From NCBI GenBank assembly GCA_022798895.1, contig JAAWNJ010000001.1, positions 1 through 59,733 on the forward strand: DNA of 59,733 nucleotides, read 5' to 3'. The DNA comes from Clostridia bacterium. GTDB taxonomy: Bacteria > Bacillota > Clostridia > TANB77 > CAG-508. Both the position numbers and the translations under genes were made by a program. Positions 54,014-59,733 of the stretch are shown one piece after another. Below the pieces are notes generated by a model that did not search any database, had not been told where the DNA came from, and saw nothing but the letters and a program-made list of their open reading frames with translations. The stretch's first letter is position 1. Each line of letters starts with the position of its first letter.

Positions 54014-54479
54014 CCTCCTTTATTTTTTGTTTTCCTCTATAAAAATTCACTCTAGCCCACACTTCAGTTTTACCTTTAATTTCTCCTATTTCCTTAAAGG
54101 ACATGCCTGCAAGTAGTCTTAAATAAAATATTTCTTTGATATCCTGATCAAACTTTTTAATTTGTTCATATACAAATTGTAGATCTTGCTTGTTGATAAA
54201 TTCCTCCTCTAGATTATATAAAGCATCTATATCATCTTCTTGTGTATCTATTGATGAAATTCGCTTCATTTTCTTTAATTCATTCAGCCATAAATTCTTT
54301 GCTATTTCACAAAGCCATGTTGAAGTTTTTACTTTTCCATCAAATTTATCAATATTGATAATTGCTTTATAAAAGGTTTCTTGTGCTAAGTCTTCTGCTA
54401 TTTCTTTATTATGTGTTAAACAAATTAAATATCGATATACTATATCAAATTGTTCTTGATAGATTTGTTCTACATTCAT
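53982..54479 (-). CDS. ECF-type RNA polymerase sigma-70 factor
   Basis: 165 aa with region 2 (..IAEDLAQETFYKA..) and region 4 (..LRLLAGMSFKEIGEIKGKTE..). Confidence 0.8.
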   Translation of the reverse strand: MNVEQIYQEQFDIVYRYLICLTHNKEIAEDLAQETFYKAIINIDKFDGKVKTSTWLCEIAKNLWLNELKKMKRISSIDTQEDDIDALYNLEEEFINKQDLQFVYEQIKKFDQDIKEIFYLRLLAGMSFKEIGEIKGKTEVWARVNFYRGKQKIKEVEENERKKRM

Positions 54480-54543
54480 TTATTTACTCCTTTGTATATA
54501 TAACAATTTACCGAGCAATTCGTTACAAAAAATGTCACACAAA

Positions 54544-54591
54544 GGGACAGATGTCGCACAAACTAACGTCCCCTTGTGCGACATCTGTCCC
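54544..54591 (-). terminator. Intrinsic terminator after the SDR gene (17-bp perfect inverted repeat)
   Basis: GGGACAGATGTCGCACA..TGTGCGACATCTGTCCC, followed on the minus strand by a T-rich run. Confidence 0.6.
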
Positions 54592-54602
54592 CTTATGCGA
54601 CA

Positions 54603-55373
54603 CTATTGAATTTTTCTTTTTTGTGCAAAATAGCAAAAAAATGCACTAATTTGATCTGGAGATATTTTGGCAAGTAGCCTTCCTATCCAAACAAAAACTC
54701 CTGGAAATATTAGAATCCTGTTTTTAAGCATACGATTTACAGCACATTTCGCAACTTTTTGACTGTCCGCTTCTAACAAATTAAATTTGACATCTGCAAC
54801 TTTATTAAAGTTAGTTTTAACTGGTCCTGGACATAAACAACTTATTTTTACCTTTGATTTTTGCATAAATAGTTCTTGCCTAATACTTTGCGTTAACCTT
54901 ACCACGTAGGCTTTAGTGGAGTAATATGTTGCCATAAGTGGACCTGGCATAAACCCTGCAATAGACGCTACATTTAAGATACGCCCTTTATTTTCTTTTA
55001 CCATATCTCTTAAAAATAGCTTTGTTAATATATGAAGTGCTGCAATATTGGTGTCTATCATTCCTAATTCTTTATCTAAATCCGTTTTTGTAAATTCTCC
55101 ACAGGTTCCAAAACCTGCGTTATTGACTAATATTTCTACCGTTCCATATTGTTTTTGTATATCTTCATATAGCTTTCTACAACCATCTCTATCAATTAGA
55201 TCCATGCTTCTTATATCTACTTTTATGTTATATTTTTGTTCTAATTCTAATTTTACTTCTTTTAATCCTTCCTCATTTCTAGCAACTGCAATAATATCAT
55301 AGTTTCTTTTTGCTAGTTCTCTCGCAATATCTTTTCCTATTCCTGATGAGGCACCTGTAACTAATGCAATCAT
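54603..55373 (-). CDS. Short-chain dehydrogenase/reductase
   Basis: TGASSGIG Rossmann motif, ..NNAG.., ..YSTKAY.. (YxxxK). Confidence 0.85.
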   Translation of the reverse strand: MIALVTGASSGIGKDIARELAKRNYDIIAVARNEEGLKEVKLELEQKYNIKVDIRSMDLIDRDGCRKLYEDIQKQYGTVEILVNNAGFGTCGEFTKTDLDKELGMIDTNIAALHILTKLFLRDMVKENKGRILNVASIAGFMPGPLMATYYSTKAYVVRLTQSIRQELFMQKSKVKISCLCPGPVKTNFNKVADVKFNLLEADSQKVAKCAVNRMLKNRILIFPGVFVWIGRLLAKISPDQISAFFCYFAQKRKIQ

Positions 55374-55489
55374 TTTATTCTCTCCTTTTTAAAACAAATT
55401 TTCTTATTTTTGTCAATAAATATTGTCTTTATAGTTAATATGCATTATAATAGTTCTATCCTTTTAATGAAAGGAGGGTTGCTCTTTTT

Positions 55490-55558
55490 ATGAAAGAACT
55501 ACTAAAAGTGTTGAAGCTTTATTTGATTTACTTAATTGTAAAACACTTGAGCAAATAA
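55490..55558 (+). CDS. Small amphipathic peptide 1 (22 aa)
   Basis: AAAGGAGGG + 9 nt + ATG. Sequence MKELLKVLKLYLIYLIVKHLSK. A hairpin terminator follows. Confidence 0.45.
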   Translation: MKELLKVLKLYLIYLIVKHLSK

Positions 55559-55649
55559 CACAAAGGAAAAGACTAGGTATGCATTGAGCCGCTACCTAGT
55601 CTTCTTTTACGCCTTTTTATTTAGAACTACTAATCGACGTCTTGATGTT

Positions 55650-55678
55650 ATTATAACACCTAACTTAATATATGTCAA
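55650..55678 (-). promoter_or_regulatory. Convergent consensus promoter (TTGACA-17-TATAAT) facing peptide 1
   Basis: Read on the minus strand: -35 at 55673-78 and -10 at 55650-55. Confidence 0.5.
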
Positions 55679-55856
55679 ATCAAATGCTTACATTCCTAGT
55701 AAATTTTTCCAACTATTTGTACTAAGAAATATGCTATTTCTTTCCAAAAACAATTTTTCTTTTGTTTTATTGATTAATATTGTCTTTATAGTAAGTTTGC
55801 GTTATAATATTATTATCCTTTTTCAAGGAAATCTTGAAGAAAGGAGGCAAAACATA

Positions 55857-55949
55857 ATGTCTTTGGCGAAAATAATACTTAAGATAATCGCTATTGCAGT
55901 TAATGTGATTATTCTAGCAATAGAAATCATAGAAAACCTGCACAAATAG
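55857..55949 (+). CDS. Small hydrophobic peptide 2 (30 aa)
   Basis: AAAGGAGG + 9 nt + ATG. Sequence MSLAKIILKIIAIAVNVIILAIEIIENLHK. Terminator at 55956-55987. Confidence 0.55.
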   Translation: MSLAKIILKIIAIAVNVIILAIEIIENLHK

Positions 55950-55955
55950 CAAAAC

Positions 55956-55987
55956 CCCTCGTAGTTGCACCTACGAGGGTCTTTTTG
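55956..55987. terminator. Hairpin CCCTCGTAG-TTGCAC-CTACGAGGG + T-run
   Basis: 9-bp perfect stem; A-run upstream and T-run downstream, so possibly bidirectional. Confidence 0.65.
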
Positions 55988-56044
55988 TTTTGTCTTTGAT
56001 TTCATACTTAAGATTTTGCTTAAGCTATAATTATTATAGCATAT

Positions 56045-56073
56045 ACTCATATTTTATGCAAGAGTTCTACAAA
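56045..56073 (-). promoter_or_regulatory. Convergent promoter (TTGCAT-17-TATAAT) facing peptide 2
   Basis: Minus strand: -35 at 56068-73 and -10 at 56045-50. Confidence 0.5.
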
Positions 56074-56202
56074 ATATTCATGTAAAAGCAATTTGGGCAA
56101 AGTTTCTTTTTTCGCAAATTAATATGCCTCCACAGTAAGATTACATTATAATCTTATTATCCTTTTTCAAGGAAATCTTGAAGAAAGGAGGCAACACACA
56201 TT

Positions 56203-56295
56203 ATGTATATACTGAAAATCTTACTAAAGATAATGGCTATTGTATTTGATTTAATTGTTCTAGTATTAGAACTAATGGAACATCTACATAAATAG
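56203..56295 (+). CDS. Small hydrophobic peptide 3 (30 aa)
   Basis: Same leader and SD as peptide 2. Sequence MYILKILLKIMAIVFDLIVLVLELMEHLHK. Terminator at 56302-56332. Confidence 0.55.
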   Translation: MYILKILLKIMAIVFDLIVLVLELMEHLHK

Positions 56296-56301
56296 CAACA
56301 C

Positions 56302-56332
56302 CCCTCGTAGTAGCACCTACGAGGGATTTTTT
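56302..56332. terminator. Hairpin CCCTCGTAG-TAGCAC-CTACGAGGG + T-run
   Basis: Paralogue of the 55956 terminator. Confidence 0.65.
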
Positions 56333-56373
56333 ATCATGTATATACTATTTTGCTATTTGCTTAAGCTATCATT

Positions 56374-56402
56374 ATTATAGCATACACTTATATTTTATGC
56401 AA
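56374..56402 (-). promoter_or_regulatory. Convergent promoter (TTGCAT-17-TATAAT) facing peptide 3
   Basis: Minus strand: -35 at 56397-402 and -10 at 56374-79. Confidence 0.5.
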
Positions 56403-56513
56403 GAGTTTCATAAAATATTCACAAAAAGACGAGCCGTCGCTCGCCTTTTTGTTTTTAAGGTGTGTCCCCTGTCTGACACTTTTGTCAGGAAAAGGAACGT
56501 CCCCAATACGACA

Positions 56514-59500
56514 CTAGAACTCGATATATCTCGTAGGGTCTACATCATTTCCATAACCAGAGTTGGTTCTCATCTCGAAGTGTAAGTGGTGTCCTGTGCT
56601 GTCCCCCGGATTAGGGTCAGTGTTTGGATCTCCACCTTCTAAAGCAATTACTTGGCCTTGTACTACTTTATCTCCGACTTGTACTTTGATTTCTGATAAG
56701 TGTGCATAGAAGCTGTATATTGTTTCCCCATTAACAATATGTTTCACTTCAATACAGTTACCATAACCATTTTGTACGCCTGCCCATGTTACTTCCCCAT
56801 CAGCAACACTTAATACCTCTGCATGATGTTCTCCTGCAATATCAATTCCTGTGTGTTTTTCATTATCTTGTGTAATAGGTCCAAATCTGTCCCCATAGTT
56901 TGATGTAATGGTGTATTTGCTATTTAGTGGTAATACGAATTGTCCTTCATAAGCAGAAGTTCCCCTAGTCTCACTGCTTACATTTGCTGTAGCTTTTCTT
57001 GTTGCTTTTGCCGCTTCTTGTTTTGCTACTTCATCTGGATCAACCCATTTTACTGTTTTTGCTTTTTTACCGTAGTTTTTCTTTAAGATATTTCTATCTT
57101 TACTATCTACGATACCATCACCATTAAAGTCATATTTTACATTTGCGTCATTTACGCCATCTGCATAACTTACTGTTAAACCGTATTGTTCGTTGATACT
57201 TACTAAGTCGTCTAATTCAATTTCGCCTGTTTCAACAACATCACCAGCTAACATTTTTACAGTTTCTAATTCTGCACCTTTTCCTTTAGAAATGTCAATA
57301 TGAGTAATTCTATATGTTAAATATCCTGGTTTTACGAATACCACATCATACTCTCCTGGTTCTAACACAATTTCATAACTTCCATCTGGCTCTGTTTCTA
57401 CCTCTGCAATAATTTCCCTAATATCAGTTTGAACTGTTCCATTTGTTTCATCTAGTTCAATACCATTCAAATCTGTTTTGGTACTTTCTTTTCTTGTGTC
57501 ATCTGTTTGGTAAACAAAGACTTTTGCAATATGTTTATCCATAATGTTTTCATCTGTGATAGTTCCTGAAATTGTTACCTTCTTCATTAAAGTAAGTGTG
57601 TATTCTTTTTCAGTTCCATCTGGTGCTGTTACTGTAATTCCCCTAATAGTAGTTGTAGAAGTAGCCACTTTCCAAGTGTTATCATTTGTACTAGAAACTG
57701 TACTATCTAACTTAACGGTTGCATTTTCATCCTCTGGAATAATCACAATACTTGATTCATTTACATTTTTCACAATGTGTTCAAATGTTGTTAAATCCAC
57801 GTCTTCCCCATTGACTAGTATTTGTTTAATTCCTGTATTATTGCTAACTCTTCTTAAAGTAATGTTATAGGTTTCTTTTGCAATACCATTTTGAGCAGTT
57901 ACAACAACTGGTACAACAATTACATCTTGCTCTAGTGGAATAGTTAGAGTTACCTCGCTGCTTCCTTTTTCTGCTACTTCATCCCCTATTTTTACAGTAG
58001 CATTTCCATTTGTTGCTTTTACATAGATTTTTGCTTTTGTATCTAATTTCTTAATGGTTACATCATAAGGTGCTTGTACTTCTTTGTCATTTACTTTCAC
58101 TAGCTCTACTGTCGCATCTGCAGATTCTTTTACAATGTTGATAGTATATTTTGCAATTTTTCCTGTTTCAGATGTAATAGTAACTGCTAACTTAGTAGTT
58201 TGTGCTGTAGTTGCAACTGTTTTACTTGCATTTCCTGTTCCTGTCACATCTTCAATTGTAACTTGAGCACCTTGGCTATTTGCCATAACGGCTACTTCAG
58301 ATTCTTCTATATCTGCTCCAATATAGGCGGTATAAGTCTTAGTCTTCTCATCATAGTTTTTACATTCAATGTTATTAACTAATACTGTATTAATTCCTGT
58401 ATCATCAGATACTTTCTTAATCACTAATGTTTCATTTGCAACCGCTCCACTTTGTGAAGTAACAGTAATCGCTACATTGGTAATCTTATCAGTAGATAAC
58501 GTTACAGTTTCCTCGCTAACGTTCACTTTAGCTTCCCCATTAGCTATTTGGACATTTGCGTATTTATTGTTTGCTACTACTTTGACAAGAGCATCTTTGC
58601 TATTTTCTGCAACTTCTGCGATATAGTTTCCATCTTCATCTTTTGTAATTAAAGTTCCATTTACATAGATTTCTTTTATCGTATTGTCTGTTGAAATTCT
58701 GGTTAACTTGATGTAGTAAGTTTCGTCCACTCCAGTTTCACTTGTGACAATTACTGGTATTAAAGTTTCTTCCTCTTCTATTGTTTGTGTAACTTTTATA
58801 TTGTGTACTGCGCTTGTATCTAGCACTTCAACTGTTGCATAAGCATTTTCAGTTTGAATTTCTAGAGCAGCACTTGTACTACCTACTGGAATAAATGCTT
58901 CATAAGTCTTAGTTTCACTATCGTAGTCTGTGACTATATTTGAATTTACTTTGACATACTCTACATGATTATTCGCAGATACTTTGTTAATCGTTACTGT
59001 ATAAACTCTTTGTGATTGATCTTGTGCTGTTACAGTAATATTAACCACTGTTGTTTTGCCTGCACCTAAGGTAACTGTCTTAGTGGTTTCTTTTACTTCT
59101 GCTGTTTCGTTACCAATTGCTACTGTGGCAAATTCGTTATTTGCAATTGCTTTTAGGCTTACCTCTGTTGTTTCTTCTGGTACATCAATTATATAGTTTT
59201 CATCTTCTTGTGGTTCTACTTGTGTACCATCTTTGTATAAATCTTTTAAGGTATTATCTGTTGATTGTTTTTGCATTGCAATTGTATAGGTTTTAACACT
59301 ATCATCTTCTGCAATGACATCTACATAAACATAAGTAATATCTTCCTCTGTTGTAGCTGTATAAGTAATTACTTGCGTTCCTGCATTTCCGTCAATGTTT
59401 AAGGTTGCATAAGGGCTAATTGCTTTTGCTTCAATAGCAGCTGATGTACTAGTTGCTGGTATAAATGCCTTATAGGTATTTGTTTCTTCATCATACTCTG

Positions 59501-59733
59501 TTACAACTGCCCCATTTACTTTAACATATTCTAAGTTCTTGTTGTCTGAAACAATGTTAATTGTCAAAGTAGTTTCATTTGTTGTAACACCATCTTCTGC
59601 TATGATTTTAATTGGAACAGTTATCTTTCTAGTACCTGCTATACTGTATTCTTTTGTTCCTTCTCCCTTATTTTCTAAGGCTTCTCCATCTAACCAGATT
59701 TGAGCATCCTTATTTGTGGTTTTAACTCTTACA
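56514..59733 (-). CDS. Large surface protein: cadherin-like beta-sandwich repeats, CarboxypepD_reg-like and dockerin-like segments, C-terminal M23 peptidase (5' end outside window)
   Basis: At least 6 repeats of ~95 aa (..YVKVN....Y(D/E)..T..Y.A.I......A.....YATV..). ..DFNGDGIVDSKD... M23 motifs HTGIDIAG.. and ..HHLHFEMR. The frame is open to the window edge. Confidence 0.8.
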   Translation of the reverse strand, partial: VRVKTTNKDAQIWLDGEALENKGEGTKEYSIAGTRKITVPIKIIAEDGVTTNETTLTINIVSDNKNLEYVKVNGAVVTEYDEETNTYKAFIPATSTSAAIEAKAISPYATLNIDGNAGTQVITYTATTEEDITYVYVDVIAEDDSVKTYTIAMQKQSTDNTLKDLYKDGTQVEPQEDENYIIDVPEETTEVSLKAIANNEFATVAIGNETAEVKETTKTVTLGAGKTTVVNITVTAQDQSQRVYTVTINKVSANNHVEYVKVNSNIVTDYDSETKTYEAFIPVGSTSAALEIQTENAYATVEVLDTSAVHNIKVTQTIEEEETLIPVIVTSETGVDETYYIKLTRISTDNTIKEIYVNGTLITKDEDGNYIAEVAENSKDALVKVVANNKYANVQIANGEAKVNVSEETVTLSTDKITNVAITVTSQSGAVANETLVIKKVSDDTGINTVLVNNIECKNYDEKTKTYTAYIGADIEESEVAVMANSQGAQVTIEDVTGTGNASKTVATTAQTTKLAVTITSETGKIAKYTINIVKESADATVELVKVNDKEVQAPYDVTIKKLDTKAKIYVKATNGNATVKIGDEVAEKGSSEVTLTIPLEQDVIVVPVVVTAQNGIAKETYNITLRRVSNNTGIKQILVNGEDVDLTTFEHIVKNVNESSIVIIPEDENATVKLDSTVSSTNDNTWKVATSTTTIRGITVTAPDGTEKEYTLTLMKKVTISGTITDENIMDKHIAKVFVYQTDDTRKESTKTDLNGIELDETNGTVQTDIREIIAEVETEPDGSYEIVLEPGEYDVVFVKPGYLTYRITHIDISKGKGAELETVKMLAGDVVETGEIELDDLVSINEQYGLTVSYADGVNDANVKYDFNGDGIVDSKDRNILKKNYGKKAKTVKWVDPDEVAKQEAAKATRKATANVSSETRGTSAYEGQFVLPLNSKYTITSNYGDRFGPITQDNEKHTGIDIAGEHHAEVLSVADGEVTWAGVQNGYGNCIEVKHIVNGETIYSFYAHLSEIKVQVGDKVVQGQVIALEGGDPNTDPNPGDSTGHHLHFEMRTNSGYGNDVDPTRYIEF

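Noticed and set aside
55823-56050. A minus-strand 75-aa ORF
   Set aside because: It is antisense to small peptide 2 and its terminator and has no SD. The region is better explained by an antisense RNA promoter.
1-59733. CRISPR arrays, diversity-generating retroelements, retrons, or rRNA
   Set aside because: There are no regularly spaced direct repeats, no reverse transcriptase ORF with template or variable repeats near the fibre gene, and no rRNA-like sequence.

Overview
This looks like a low-GC Firmicutes-type chromosome segment. Positions 1 to ~47,990 are the right ~48 kb of a temperate siphovirus-type prophage. The window starts inside its tail-fibre gene, and the integrase end abuts tRNA-Gln. 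Positions 48.0-59.7 kb are host DNA: tRNA-Gln and tRNA-His, a sortase, a HIT protein, a short AlaRS-like gene, a CAP-domain protein, a BI-1 family protein, an ECF sigma/anti-sigma pair, an SDR, three tandem small-peptide/antisense modules, and a large cadherin-like/M23 surface protein. Prophage layout: (1) minus-strand structural and packaging operon at 1-17.9 kb; (2) an ORF-free 1.8-kb tRNA/tRNA-like RNA locus at 17.9-19.7 kb; (3) small early genes; (4) a plus-strand cargo island at 22-25.8 kb carrying a ribosomal protein bS6 paralogue and a decayed serine recombinase; (5) an RNA-repair pair (RtcB plus an ATP-dependent RNA ligase); (6) replication and recombination genes (SSB-like, RusA, frameshifted DnaB, ERF, NinB-like, HNH); (7) a lysogeny module (cro-like/cI-like, ParE-type TA, ImmA-like, tyrosine integrase). 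The main observation is that at least 11 phage genes, including portal, major capsid, major tail, tape measure, Dit, Tal, an XRE regulator and a RepL-like protein, have no in-frame ATG/GTG/TTG where their coding frame opens. Each instead has a strong Shine-Dalgarno followed 3-9 nt later by an in-frame AGG that is always preceded by A. The same phage encodes an atypical tRNA with a CCU anticodon inside an array of CCA-ending tRNA-like RNAs. I read this as a candidate phage-specific AGG-initiation (translation-reprogramming) system, and it needs experimental proof. All functional calls come from reading translations by eye; no database search was possible.
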